Assembly (NCBI RefSeq): GCF_009914755.1
Contig: NC_060930.1
DNA: 64,000 bases
Direction: 5' to 3' (one strand)
DNA from: the human T2T-CHM13v2.0 reference genome, Homo sapiens
Positions within the stretch are counted from its first letter, which is position 1. Each line of letters starts with the position of its first letter. Below the pieces are notes generated by a model. That model was not told the origin of the DNA, made no database searches, and saw nothing but the letters and a program-made list of their open reading frames with translations. The position numbers and the translations under genes were made by a program. This document shows, in pieces, positions 1 to 17,854 of this stretch.

Positions 1-44
1 TCCTAGCCAGAAAGTTAAACAAAAAGAATAAAAGCAGGCTATTT

Positions 45-1140
45 CAAGAGAATGAGAAGACAAAGCACAGGCTGGGAGAAAAAATTTTCAAAAGATACAT
101 CTGATTAAAAAAAAACTGTTATCCAAACTACACAAAGAGCTCTTAAAACTCAACAACAAGAAAATAAACAATTAGGTTATAAAACAGGCTAAAGACTTTA
201 ACAGAAACCTCACCAAAGAAGATATACGGATGGCAAAGAAGCATATGAAAAGATGCTCCACATTACATGTCATCAGGAAAACGCAAATTAAAACAACAAT
301 GAGCTATATAACTAGACACCTATTAGGATGGCCAAAATCCAGAAGGTTGACAACATCAAATACTGGCAAGGATGTGGAGCAACAAAAACTCTTGTTCATT
401 GTTGGTGGGAAGGATATGGAGCAACAAAAACTCTTGTTCATTGTTGATGGGAATCCCAAATGGCATGACCACTGTGGAAGACAATCTGCCAAGTTTCTTA
501 CAACAAAACACACTCTTATCATTTGATCCAACAATTGTGATCCTTGCTCTCTACACAAAGGAGTTGAAAACTATGTTCACACAAAAACTTGCACTCGGAT
601 GTTTATAGCAGCTGTATTCATAATTGCCAAAACTTGGAAACAACCAAAATGTCCTTCAGTAGTTAAATAACTGTGGTACATCCAGACAAAGAGATATTAT
701 TAATGGGTAAAAAGAAATGAGCTATCACAACATGAAAAGACATTAAGCAAACTTAAATGTATATTATTAAGTGAAAGAAGCCAATCTGAAAAAGCTACCT
801 ACTGTGTAAGCCCAACTATATGACATTCTGTAAAAGGCAAAACTAAGGGGACAGAAAAAAAAAAAAGAAAAAAACAGGGAGTAGGGTGGCGATGGGAAAA
901 GGGATGAAAAGGCAAAACACAGAGAATTTGGAGGGCAGTGGAAATATTCTATATGATACTGCAATTGTATTTACATATACAACCCTGGTGTAAACAACTA
1001 ATTTCTGGTGATAATAATGAGTCAGTATAGGTTCATCAACTGTTAACAAATGTACCATTCTAGTGAAGGATGATGATAATGTTGAAATCTCTGTACCTTA
1101 CTCTCAATTTTGCTGTGCACCTGAAACTGCTCAAAAAAAT
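45..1140 (+). mobile_element. Old LINE-1 3' end (L1MC-like): ORF2 C-terminus and 3'UTR
   Basis: ORF 230..526 MAKKHMKRCST...QIKTTM resembles L1 ORF2 C-terminus; L1MC-type 3'UTR ending ...ctgtaccttactctcaattttgctgtg...aaaa. Confidence 0.8.
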
Positions 1141-1706
1141 TAATTTTTTAAAAAAGTTATTTTTTTAAAAAGTAGGAAGATTAGAACGGAAGAAGTAAAT
1201 TTTTTTTTGTTGAGGATGACATGACACATTGTATACATAAAAAAATTCTAAACATTGTAAAAATAAAGCAAAAACAAAAGCAAAAGCCTGCTAGAACTAA
1301 TGAGTGGATTTAGTATGGTGACACAAATGCTTCCAGAAAACTGAAGAGGAAGGATTTCTGACCTATTCTTTTGAGGCCAGCATTACTTTGACAAATGTAT
1401 TACTCTGATAAACCAGACAAATGCATTACAGGGAAAAAATTATAGAACAATATCCCTTGTTAATGTAGATTTTAAAATTAGTAACAGAATTGTAGCAAAT
1501 CAAATATAATATATACAATTGATAAAGTGATATGAAAAAGTGGTGCTTATGACAGTAATACAAGTTTAGTTTAACATTTGAAAGTAAGAGAATATGACTC
1601 ATTATATAAACAAACTAAAAAAGAAAAACCACATGCTTATCTCAATACATGCAGAAAAAAACATTTAAGAGAATCCAGCTTCTAGTACTATTAGAAACAC
1701 TCAGCA

Positions 1707-2012
1707 GGCCGGGCGCCATGGCTCCAGATGCTTTGGGAGGTGAGGTGGGCAGATTTGCTTGAGCCCAGGAGTTCAAGACAAGCCTAGCCCAGCCCGCATG
1801 GCAAAACCCTGTCTCTAAAAAAATTGCAAAAATTAGCTGGTTGTGATGCTGTGCACCTGCAGTGCCAGCTACTTGGGAAGCTGAGGTGGGAAGATCTCTT
1901 GAGCCCAAGAAGCTGAGGTTGTGGTGAACCGAGATTGTACCACCACACTCCAGTCTGGGAGACAGAGCAAGACCCTGTCTCAACAAACAAACAAGCAAAA
2001 AAATGAACAAAA
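1707..2012 (+). mobile_element. AluJ
   Basis: ggccgggcgc start, gcttgagcccaggag in the left arm, A-rich tail; degenerate TSD (ac)actcagca/(cc)attcagca. Confidence 0.9.
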
Positions 2013-2037
2013 CCATTCAGCAAATAGGAGTGGAAGG

Positions 2038-2478
2038 TATATTAGTCAATATTCTCCAGAGAAACAGAACTGATGCAGATGGATAGATAGATGAATAAAC
2101 GGATGGATGCAGAAAGGCATGGATTGAGAGACATTCATTTCAAGGAATTAGTTCATTTGATTGTAGTAGTTAGCAAGTCTGAAATTCGGCAGGCTGATAG
2201 GCTGGAATTTCTGGCAAGATGTTGTGGTCTTGAGTTTGAAGGTAGTCTGGAGGCAGAAATTCTTCTTTTGGAGACCTTAGTCTTTTATCTTAAGGCCTTC
2301 AACTGACTGGATGAGGCCCATTTGCATAATGAAGAGCAGCCTACTTTACTCAGAATCTACTGATTTACATGTTAGTCACATCTGAACAACATGTTTACAG
2401 GAATATCTAGACTGGTGTTTGACAAAATAACTGGGCACCATAGCCTAGACAAGTTGACACATAAAATTAACTATCACG
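2038..2478 (-). mobile_element. MLT2 (ERVL) solo LTR
   Basis: Ends tatattagtc...tctccagagaaacagaac and aagttgacacataaaattaactatcac; 5-bp TSD GAAGG at 2033-2037 and 2479-2483. Confidence 0.85.
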
Positions 2479-3084
2479 GAAGGGAATGTCTTCAACTTGA
2501 TAAAAATCCATCTATGACAAACCTACAGTTAACCCCATATTTAATGGTGAAAGATTAAATGCTATCCCTCAAAGATGAGGAAGAAAGCAAGGATACTCTG
2601 TCTCATCATTTCTATTCAACATTGTATTGCAGATTTTAGCCAATACAACATAGCAAGCAAAAGAAATAAAAAGAATCCAGATTGGAAAAGAAGTTGTATT
2701 ATTTGTAGCTGACATGATGGAAGAATATCCCATGGAACCTATAATAAGGCTACTCTAATTAACGAGGGAGTCTAGAAATGTTGCAGGATATAGGATCAAT
2801 ATGTAAAGTTAATTATGTTTTTACATATTAGTAATAAATAGGAAAATGGCATAAAATAATACTACTTAAAAATACTACATCAAAAATATAAACTAGGGAA
2901 GAACCTGACCAAAAAATGGACAAGACTTGTATCCTGAAAATTATAAAATATTGCCGAGGAAAATTAACAAAAAGCTAAATAAATGGAGAGACACACTGTG
3001 TTCATGAGTCAGAAGACTAAATATTGTTAAGATGTCAGTTCTCTAAGAACTGATTTACACATTCAATGAATTATATTCATGTAC

Positions 3085-3207
3085 ATGTTGCCCAAAGCTG
3101 CTTTAGCACTACAGTAGCCAATTTGAGTAGAAGTTGCCGCAAGGTATGGTATGGTCCATAAAGCCCAAATTATTTACTACCTAGCCTTTTACAGTAAAAG
3201 TTTGCTC
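3085..3207 (+). mobile_element. MER58-like hAT DNA transposon fragment
   Basis: gctgcttt...tgagtag...gtatggtccataaagcc...ccttttacagtaaaagtttgc resembles the MER58 end. Confidence 0.65.
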
Positions 3208-3342
3208 TATTTCATTTTCCACACCGGTCCTAGATCTTTTTCTGGCTCCTTCCTGTATCACCTCCGACTTACACACCAGCATGCCAAACTTCAAACACAT
3301 TTTCTAATGTACCATGCTATCTCTCATCTTCTGTTTCCTCTG

Positions 3343-3452
3343 AAAGATTGTAAGTTTTCTCTGAAATCTTCATGAGGAAGGGATTGTGTCTAATTTGTTT
3401 ACTGGGGACTGGCATATAATATCTTCTCAGTAAGTAACTATTGAATGAATTA
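3343..3452 (+). mobile_element. L2 3'-end fragment
   Basis: gattgtaag...catgaggaagggattgtgtc...ctggcata...ttgaatgaat. Confidence 0.55.
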
Positions 3453-6400
3453 ATATACAAATGTCAGCTTTGGACAAGATAGGTTTGGACCTAGGAAGAA
3501 TGGTCAAAAAAAGCTTTTGTGAATATTATAATGTCACTTACCATTGTTCTTTTCCAAAAGAACTCTATGTCATTTCTCCTGGCTAGACTAGATTCCAATT
3601 TGAGATACAGAGTTACAGTTCTTAGAATCTAACTTATTTTTTTTAACAAATTGTGGAATCATATCACAAAGAATTCTTATATAAACATTTGTGAAATTAA
3701 CCTTCCCTCTGATATAGCATTGATAGATTTCTGAATTTTATCTTTCAGAATTGCTTTCTGAACGTTTTTTCAATCCTATTTTAAATGAAAATAAAAATTA
3801 ATTTATTGACTGATATGCTAACACAGGAGGTGAATTCCCTGGGCTCCTTTTTCAGACCAACCACTAACTTATTTTGTATAAAAAGTGCACATTTTTATTT
3901 GCAGCCCAGCTTCTTCCTATTTAAGGTGGTGAGAGAATTAGTTTCCACATAATTCCTTAATATGATTGTCGGGAGAATCAGCATCCCTGTAATATATTTA
4001 AGTACAACATTTGGAAGATCTCTGAGTGCCACTTCAGGGGTTATGGAGGAAGAACAGGTAGGCATCAGCAGCTGAGTAGAGAAGACAACAAAAAGTTACA
4101 CTTTTGTTATGTAAGTAAATACTATCTTGATATTCAAAGTAAATAAATGAAGTGGTTTAAAGTACAAATGAAACTTGAAACTGGGTGATGGGAACAACCA
4201 TATGATATTAGTAAGTGATATAGATGTGCCAAAGTTTTACCAGTGAAAGTTACAAATGGAAACTTGAATGAAAATTACTCATTCAAATCACTAGTTACCT
4301 AGTTTAACAATTGAAGGATCTTACCTGGGGCAACCACATTTCGGTGGAAGGAGAAGGGGCAATACAGCTCTGATACTATGTGTTTGGTAGTTTGGATTAA
4401 ATGCATTAGGAACAACCTTAGGAAGGTAGAAGGTACAGTGAGATATCTAAACAATGAAGGGATGATATTTAGGAAGGAAAAGCAGGTTCATTATTTAGAC
4501 ATTACAAAGTTAAAAGGATGTTAGACATAGTGCTTTTTTAAGATAAGGATTTATGTCATAACCATGTATTGAATTATAAGGAAATTGGAAAAATCGATTG
4601 CAAAATATAGATTTTAAATTGGCTAGAAAGAATACAAAGTGACATCAGTCATGTTGCCCCAGAAAAATAATGTCCTAAAATCTCTCTTTGTATTTTTTTG
4701 GTGCAGAGCATTTGGCTTCCACCTGTGCAGGAAAAAAGGTGATGAGCAGAAGCTGCTATCATCCCTGCAGAACATTTTTGACTCAGCAGCTGAAAGTGAC
4801 AGCTTAAGTTACAGAAAATTGGTGGAGATACAATTGTACAAATAAAAGTCATTTTTTTCTTTCAGAAGTTAGAGTGTATAAACTAAGAAACAGAAGTTTG
4901 CAAAGCCAAAAAAATCCAAACCTTAGAGAAGTAAGCAGAAACTGTTGACTTAGAGTAAAAAAATTAAAAAGATAGACAAAGAATGAACATATAATAGGAT
5001 TACTGATGCGTTATGTTCTTTTTGGGTCATCTCATTGTTTCCAGAGACAAAGGAAAGATGTGTGAGAAAATAAGCAAAACAACAGCAATAAAAAAAAACA
5101 CCCAACAACACTGCCAAAAAAGACACAAAACCCCAAATGTGAATATTTATGAAGAAAAATATTTATGAGGAAGGACAGACTTGAAATCAATCAATACATC
5201 TGAATTAAGTAATAATTTATCAAGTGATGTATGATGTTTCTTGAATTCATAAAGTACCTACCCTCAGAGGGAATGTGTCCTTAGAAGAAAAACAATAAAC
5301 TCTTTAGAATTGGGTTTAGAGGATGGAACTTTATTCAAATTTGGAAAACAGAAACAGCTGTTTCTGAAGAGGTGCTATTATTAAGATAATAACAAAAAAA
5401 TGTTAAAAAGCCTTTAGATATAGGAAAAAATCAATTTATTCAACATGGTTCCTTCAACATTGACAGATGACAGCATTGCCCATGGATGTTGGGTAGGGAA
5501 GTATGGTCCAGGTACTTTTCTGGACACTGGAGATTCTCAAGGAATTCACAGTGTCAGTTATTAAGTTGCTTACAGTATATTGAGAAGGAGATGTGGAAAT
5601 AAAAAATACACTACCATATATTTTTGGAGAGGTATGCATAGAATACACATGAAATATTGATGAAAGAGCTCTTATGTCTCAAATTTTCAGAATGGATTCT
5701 CAATTTGCAGGCCAGAGAGAGATCTTACCTGCCTTATTTAGCACTGTATTTCCAGTTCCTAGACTACTGACTGGCACAGAAGAGTACTCAGCATTTTTTA
5801 AAAGAATGAACAAAAATTAAATCTGCCTTGGGATGTTAGGCTAAATTTTACTGTGGAGATGATGCATAAACCGATTCTATGGGAAAGACAGGAAAAGAAT
5901 ACATCAAGTTACTCAATGGCACAGAAGGACAAAACAGCTTGATAGTCTGGTCAACAGCCAATAGGTCTGAGTGGCTGCCAGCCTTGTTTGGGAGATGAAG
6001 TCTCTAAAGGCTGAAAAGCCTGGAGACGGGAGCAGGGGTTATCATTTTAGATAGATTAGACATGTGGAGGATACTGAAGGTTTGGTAGGGAATTCGCTGA
6101 GATAAAGGAAGGAAAGCACTTGCTTGAAATTTCTTCCTGAAAAAAATAGGTTTCAATACTGTGTTAAATCTGACTGTGGCAAGGTTTGAATGGGCACCGC
6201 AACCACAGCAGAGGAAGTTCTGAGACTTGGAAATGACAGAAGCAGTTTTGGAGGCTGGACTTTTGGTATGTATGGATTGCCTCTGGCCATGGGAAGGCAG
6301 GCCAGGAGAAATAGTTCCGAGGGTTGGACTAGAGCTACTCCATATTGTAGTATAAGTCATTTACTGTTCAATAATTCTCTTCCATTATCACACAGTGGTG

Positions 6401-9400
6401 ATATCACCTAGTGGGGTTCATGTCTAAAGTTGTAGCCTGGTCTCAATTGATGGTAGGATATTGAGATAAAACCTTGGGATACCCTCATGGAAATCTGCAA
6501 TGAAGCCATTGATGTCTTTTGTGGTTGCAGCTTGAATAAGACACTTTGGCACATTGTTTGGACATAGGAAGCACACATAAATGTTAGTTGCCTTTATCTT
6601 TCTTTGTCCTATATCATGAAAGGCAAATACTTATGATTTCCATGATCACAAACATTTGCCTTTCACTGCTCTTTATCAGTATCTGAATTTAGTGTCTGAT
6701 CTTTTTTTTTTATGTAGACAACTTTTAATCTCCTTCCTCTGCTTAAAATGCTTACCTACTTTCTCTCCAACAAGTCATGTTAATCAAGTCGATTAAAACC
6801 TGAATATTATCTCTATAAGGATACCTAATATCAACCTAATCTTGTGTATTTATTTCCTGTGCTTGCTATTGGTTTTTCTTTATTCTCACCAGATCTTAAC
6901 CAACACTTAAGGCCTCTAAGTTCCCATCTAGTGCAAAAAGATACCTTCAGCCCTACTGTGTTTGTTTGAATTCAAATTACTATTGCTTTTAGATCAGTAC
7001 CACTCGTTAGGTTTTAATGATTTTGTGTGTTAGTGATGATGTCACCAATAGGTTGTAAACTCCTGACCATCGGGCCTTCTGTGTATTTGTATCCCTCACA
7101 ATGCTAAATCCAAAGCTCAGCGTATACTCATTAAGTGCTTGCTACTTAAAGAGTCCACGTGTGGGTGGAAAAATGATTCTGAAGTCTCTCTACAGCCCTA
7201 ACTCCTGCACCTTTTTGATTAATCAGAGTTGGGAGGTGCCTCTCTCACCACTCTTCTCTTCCAGACATCTTTATGACCTTTCTTTTGACATTCCACTATT
7301 TTCTCTCTGCCATCAACGATTTGCTCAGCTCTGCATCAATGAGATCTTTGTGATTATAAAATAACATGAGGTATGCATGGAAAGAATTTGTTGCATATCA
7401 CTATAAATGAGATGTTGCTCATATGAGGTAATGTGATATGGCAAGCCCCAATCACTGGAATGTTCTTGGTGTATTATTGAACACAACAAAAATGGAACAG
7501 TTACACCATGCACATATGACTTTGCAAATTTATTCTCAGAAATGGTGAAGTAGAAACCCTAAATAGCTGCTTATAATTTGCTGTGTTATATATAAATACA
7601 ACTAAGTGTAGACTTATCTCCAGCAACTGGTTTAGTAAACTGGTTATCAGCTATCTAAGGATCTTTGCTATTATATGAATACAAAATTTGAAAATGCTTG
7701 GTTGAACTTTTCTTTTGTGCTCCTTAAAGGTAGAAATAGTAAGCAAGAATATTGGAACATTTATGAAGAAAATAAATGTTTCACAAAAAATCTGTATAGA
7801 AAATTGGACTGTTGATATAAAATTGCTATCACTCTGAATATTTTCATATCATTATCTCAGAGTTTTTGAATATATCATTTTCTAAGTTATTCTAAACAGC
7901 AAATGGGAATCATGTACCCAGTTAATTGACAATTTAATTAGCTGAACTATGATAGTATTTTTCTGATGAGTAACTTGGAATATTAGTTAAGGCAAGCTGA
8001 TGTATTGTCTGCATTTATTCTGCAGGCAGAACTGTGTTTTTACTTCTACTGACGATAAAAATTTTTTTAACCCCGATTTGTGACAAAGAAGGTAAGACAG
8101 TCATTTTTCTCTAACAATATCTGTGGTTGTTATTCCCAAGAGAAATTGCCTAAAGGCCCTCTTCTCCAGTTATAAGCTTTCTCAAAGACAAAAAAATCAG
8201 TCCCTCAAAAGCCATGAAGAGCCGTGGGCAAACTAGGCTTTTCCCAGTGGATTTTCCTATAGCATTCCAGGACTACTGCTTCAGCCGTGCCCCTCACTGC
8301 CGTTCAACTGGTTCTTATTTAGAAACTGAATAGAGTTATAAATTGTTAGGACAAGAGAGACTATTTGGAAATATTGGTGAGATCAATTTAACAGTGACAA
8401 GTATGCAGTCTATGCTCTCTCAATGCTATTTAAAATTAATTAAATGTGATGGGAGGCAGAACCCTAGAAGAAAAGAAAATCAATACAACTAGACATCTTT
8501 ACTACTGTTTTTGATTGTTTGTTGGTTATTTTATAATGGCAAATGTAATGAAGTGAGGATTATATGTAGAACTTTTGTGTGTGTACTTACATACACTTTG
8601 TTACGTTAAGAGAACTGTTAGCTTCGGGGCGGTTCCAAGATGGCCAAATAGGAACAGCTCCAGTCTACAGCTCCCAGCGTGAGCAACGCAGAAGACGGGT
8701 GATTTCTGCTTTTCCAACTGAGGTACCGGGTTCATCTCACTGGAGTGGGTGTTGGACAGTGGGTGGAGGACAGTGGGTGCATCCCACCGAGTGAGAGCTG
8801 AAGCAGGGCAAGGCATCGCCTCACATGGGAAGTGCAAGGGGTCAGGGAATTCCCTTTTCTAGCCAAGGGAAGCCATGACAGACAGCACCTGGAAAATCGG
8901 GTCATTCCCACCCTAATACTGCGCTCTTCCAAGGGTCTTAGCAAACAGCACACCAGGAGATTATATCCTGCGCCTGGCTCAGAGGGTCCCATGCCCACGG
9001 AACCTTGCTCATTCTAGCACAGCAGTCTGAGATCTAACTGCAAGGTGGCAGTGAGGCCAGGAGGCGGGGGTGCCCGCCATTGCTGAGGCTTGAGTAGGTA
9101 AACAAAGTGGCTAGGAAGCTCCAACTGGGTGGAGCCCACTGCAGCTCAAGGAGGCCTGCCTGCTTCTGTAGACTCCACCTCTGGGGTCAGGGCATAGCCA
9201 AACAGAAGGCAGCAGAAACCTCTGCAGATTTAAATGTCTCTGTCTGACAGCTTTGAAGAGAGTAGTGGTTCTCCCAGCATGGAGTTTGAGATCTGAGAAC
9301 GGACAGACTGCCTCCTCAAGTGGGTCCCTGACCCCGGAGTAGCCTAACTGGGAGGCACCCCCCAGTAGGGGCAGACTGACACCCCACACAGCTGGGTACC

Positions 9401-9655
9401 CCTCTGAGATGAAGCTTCCAGAGCAACAATCAGGCAGCAACATTTGCTGTTCAGCAATATTCACTGTTCTGCAGCCTCTGCTGCTGATACCGAGGCAAAC
9501 AGGGTCTGGAGTGGACCTCCAGCAAACTCCAACAGACCTGCAGCTGAGGGTCCTGACAGTAAGAAGGAAAACTAACAAACAGAAAGGACATCCACACCAA
9601 AACCCCATCTATACATCACCATCATCAAAGACCAAAGGTAGATAAAACCACAAAG

Positions 9656-10671
9656 TTGGGGAAAAAACAGAGCAGAAAACTGAAAATTCTAAAAATCAGA
9701 GTGCCTCTCCCCCTCCAAAGGAACACAGCTCCTCACCAGTAATGGAGCAATGCTGGATGGAGAATGACTTTGACGAACTGAGAGAAGAAGGCTTCAGATG
9801 ATCAAACTTCTCTGAGCTAAAGGAAGAAGTTTGAACCCATCGCAAAGAAGCTAAAAACCTTGAAAAAAGATTAGATGAATGGCTAACTGGAATAACCAGT
9901 GTAGAGAAGTCCTTAAATGACCTGATGGAGCTGAAAACCATGGCACAAGAACTACGTGACGAATGCACAAGCTTCAGTAACTGATTTGATCAAGTGGAAG
10001 AAAGGGTATCAGTGATTGAAGATCAAATGAATGAAATGAAGCGAGAAGAGAAGTTTAGAGAAAAAAGAGTAGAAAGAAACGAACAAAGCCTCCAAGAAAT
10101 ATGGGACTATGTGAAAAGACCAAATCTACGTCTGATTGGTGTACCTGAAAGTGAAGGGGAGAATGAAACCAAGTTAGAAAACACTCTGCAGGATATTATC
10201 CAGGAGAACTTACCTAACCTAGCAAGGCAGGCCAATGTTCAAATTCACGAAATACAGAGAACGCCACAGAGATACTCCTCGAGAAGAACAACTCCAAGAC
10301 ACATAATTGTCAGATTCACCAAAGTTGAAATGAAGGAAAAAATGTTAAGGGCAGCCAGAGAGAAAGGTCGGCTTACCCACAAAAAGAAGCCCATCAGACT
10401 AACAGTGGATCAGTCAGCAGAAACTCTACAAGCCAGAAGAGAGGGGGGGCCAATATTCAACATTCATAAAGGAAAGAATTTTCAACCCAGAATTTGATAT
10501 ACAGCCAAACTAAGCTTCATAAGTGAAGGAGAAATAAAATCTTTTATAGACAAGCAAATGCTGAGAGATTTTGTCACCACCAGGCCTGCCCTACAAGAGC
10601 TCCTGAAGGAAGCACTAAACATGGAAAGGAACAACCAGTACCAGCCACTGCAAAAACATGCCAAAATGTAA
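9656..10671 (+). pseudogene. L1 ORF1p remnant
   Basis: Start codon mutated (caaagTTGggg at 9656), internal stops; ORF 9994..10497 gives a recognisable ORF1p segment (EQSLQEIWDYVKRPNLRLIGVPE). Confidence 0.92.
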
Positions 10672-10718
10672 AGACCATCAATGTTGGAAGAAACTGCATC
10701 AACTAATGAGCAAAATAA

Positions 10719-14570
<3,852 letters not shown>

Positions 14571-14770
14571 ACAATGAGAATACTTTGACACAGGGTGGGT
14601 AACATCACACACCGGGGCCTGTCTTGGGGTAGGGGGAGGGGGGAGGGATAGCATTAGGAGATATACCTAACGTAAATGATGAGTTAATGGGTGCTGCACA
14701 CCAACATGGCACATGTATACATATGTAACAAACCTGCATGTTGTGCACATGTACCCTAGAACCTAAAGTA

Positions 14771-14810
14771 TAATAATAAAATAAATAAATAAATAAATAA
14801 ATAAATAAAA
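14771..14810. repeat. (TAAA)n microsatellite in the L1 poly(A) tail
   Basis: Directly visible. Confidence 0.9.
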
Positions 14811-15031
14811 AGAGAACTGTTAGCTTCAATGTAATACAGACTTACCTTTTTTTAAAGAACTACAGTCACATCACCTTGACTGTTGATGTATTTGATGAAG
14901 CCAGAAGAAAGCCTTACTAAAATGGGAGCCACAGTCTGTACGAAACATGCTAATGCTGATAATTTATTTCTACTTCCTTTGCTTTTCTTAGTCTTTCCTC
15001 AAGACTTGGACCACACTAGCCTTGAACATAA

Positions 15032-15457
<426 letters not shown>

Positions 15458-15889
15458 TCTTCTGGTAATCTTTTGCTGTGGCAGTTGCTTCCATTATCGT
15501 TGAGAAGCCCCTAGAGGACTGTGAGGGCCCATCCACCATGTCTATCCTTAGAATATTAATGCAAACTTATTTTTCTCACCAGTACTCACATTTTTTCCTC
15601 ACCTAAATACTATCACAGAATACTGTAAATTCACAGAATTGGAAGAGATTTTCTTGATTGATTTCAGCATAACAGACCAAAAATGTGTCATTGTATTTCT
15701 CAATGATTACTGCACTTTATCTTCAGCTTTATAGTCCTTTTCACTGAGGTTACAAAGACAAAGCTAACAAAATATAAGAATTCTCTAAAAAATATTTTCA
15801 AAAATGTTGCTTTGGCACTCACGTATATGGGCCTTTTGAATCTCTCTTCAAGAAGAACTTGCTGTTTAACTGTAAGTATTGCAGTGAGC

Positions 15890-16285
15890 TGAGAGCCTAC
15901 AGCTGTGAGCACATTCAGTATCTTTTGATCCAAGTCCATACTATTCCCAAACAGCCCCTAATCAATGACTGAGCATGGTCTGGGTAGTGGTCCTGGTACA
16001 TCTGCCCAGAACAGGACTCCACTAAGGGACAATCTTTGCTCCAGAGTTCCCTGTTGAGTTGGTTGAGATTTCATCAGATCTGTATCACTGCTGAGAGATA
16101 TCCCTGCCCAATCCTTCTTATAGCTCATTTTTTCCTTTTGTAAGTATGAGATTTTCTTTGTGACCACAAGCCTTTCTCTGCCAGATTCTGCTGCTTTCAA
16201 CTCTTATCTTTTATGTGTATTGCCTCTCAATAAAACTCTTGACTGCCTATATTTGTCTCAGAGTCTGCTTCCCAAAGAACATAGT
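15890..16285 (+). mobile_element. Ancient ERVL LTR (LTR16-like)
   Basis: 3' end caataaaactc...ctcagagtctgcttccc typical of the LTR16/33 group. Confidence 0.55.
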
Positions 16286-16584
16286 ATTTTACCTGATTTG
16301 TTTAATGCTTAAAACGTTTGCTGTGATTTATAATCTATTCCCCTTTTAATCTCTTAAGTTCTTCAAGAAGCAAGTTTGAGACCGGGGCTTACATCTGGAC
16401 AGCTTATTTGCTAAGTTATTCTAACGAACAGGAGTGGACGCTGAACAGAATGAAACAGATAATCCAAGGGTAGTTAGTCAGGTGGTCTCTGTGAGCTACT
16501 GGAGCAAAGTACTATTAAGTACCTGTTGAGGAGGTTGGTCAAACCCTTTCAGAACTGTTTGCTGGAAGAATGGAAAGAGGGAGT

Positions 16585-16968
16585 TGATATGACTTGGATG
16601 TCTTTCCTTACCCAAATCTCATGTTAAATTGTAATCCCCAGTGTTGGAGGAAGGACCTGGTGGAAGGTGATTGGATCGTGGGGATGAATTTCCCCCTTGC
16701 TGTTCTCATGATAGTGAGTGAGTTCTCACCAGATCTGGTTGTTTAAAAGTATGTAGCACTTCCCACTTCACTTTCTTCCTACTGCTTCTGCCATGCAGGA
16801 CGTGTCTACTTCCCGTTCGCCTTCTACCATGATTGTAAGTTTCCTGAGGCCTCCCCAGCCATGCCTACTGTACAGCCTGCAGAATCGTGAGACAATCAAA
16901 CCTCTTGTCTTTATAAATTACCCAGTTTCAGGTATTTCTTTCTAGTAGTGCAAGAACAGACTAATACA
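16585..16968 (+). mobile_element. MSTA-like MaLR solo LTR, probably nested in an older ERVL LTR relic (about 16360-17260)
   Basis: TG...CA ends (tgatatgacttgg...gactaataca), cccaaatctcatgttaaattgtaatcccc; TSD ggagt/agagt. Confidence 0.88.
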
Positions 16969-17854
16969 AGAGTGATTTTCATCACCCCCTGTCCCTCCTT
17001 GGTCAAAGGTTGCCCTTAGGGTGTTAACTCATTTGTGCTGCCTGGTTTAACCTGTGTATCCTTATATCCAAATGATTGAATGGATTCCTGCTGGCAACCC
17101 AGGAGTGGGAGAGCAGATAATCCTTTGCCAGGAAGTGAGAGAGAGGAGGAACACCTGAAGCAAGATGCTATCATTTATACCTCTGTACAGCTGTTTGCTG
17201 CATTAATGGCTAAAATTAAAAGGCAGGTCAAGAGAATATGAGGTGTGCCCCAAGAGGTACCTAATATACCTTCTTTGGAAGCTTCATTACAAATTAGGTT
17301 CAGTTTCTCTTATCTTAAGGACTTCTGGCAATTTTCCATCTTTAAGCCTCTTTTCACTGTATTAAGAAAATTTTGAATAAATAAAATTATAACAAATGAT
17401 GTAATAGGACCCTACGTACCCAGCTTTAACAACTGTCAATATTCCGCCACTCTTATTTCATCAATTGCTACATCACCTTTTTGTCTGGCATATTGTAAAG
17501 CAAATCCAATGCGATATATTAATTTTTATCTATAAGAACTTTAGTATATATCTCTATTAGATAAGAACTTTAAAATCTAATCACAATATCATTGTTACAC
17601 TTGGCAAAATAAATGTAATCTAATGCCAAGTTCATGTTCATTTTTTCCTTTTTCCAAAATGCTTCTTATACAGTTGCTTTATTTTCATTGAATATATAAT
17701 ATTGTGTGTTGTGTGTGTGTCTGTGTGTGTATACCTAACACCTCATTTATTTGTTGAAGCAACAGCAACTAGATCATGTGTTCTGTGGAATTTCCTATAC
17801 TGTCTCACTGACTGTTAATGATTCCATGGTGTTTGTATAAGATACTCCTCCCTA

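Larger units (their letters stand above)
1160..3070 (+). mobile_element. Degraded L1M ORF2 fragments, interrupted by an AluJ and an MLT2 LTR
   Basis: RT-region motifs (gaggccagcattac, tctattcaacattgta, gctgacatgat, aatattgttaagatgtca); sequence resumes on both sides of the insertions. Confidence 0.7.
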
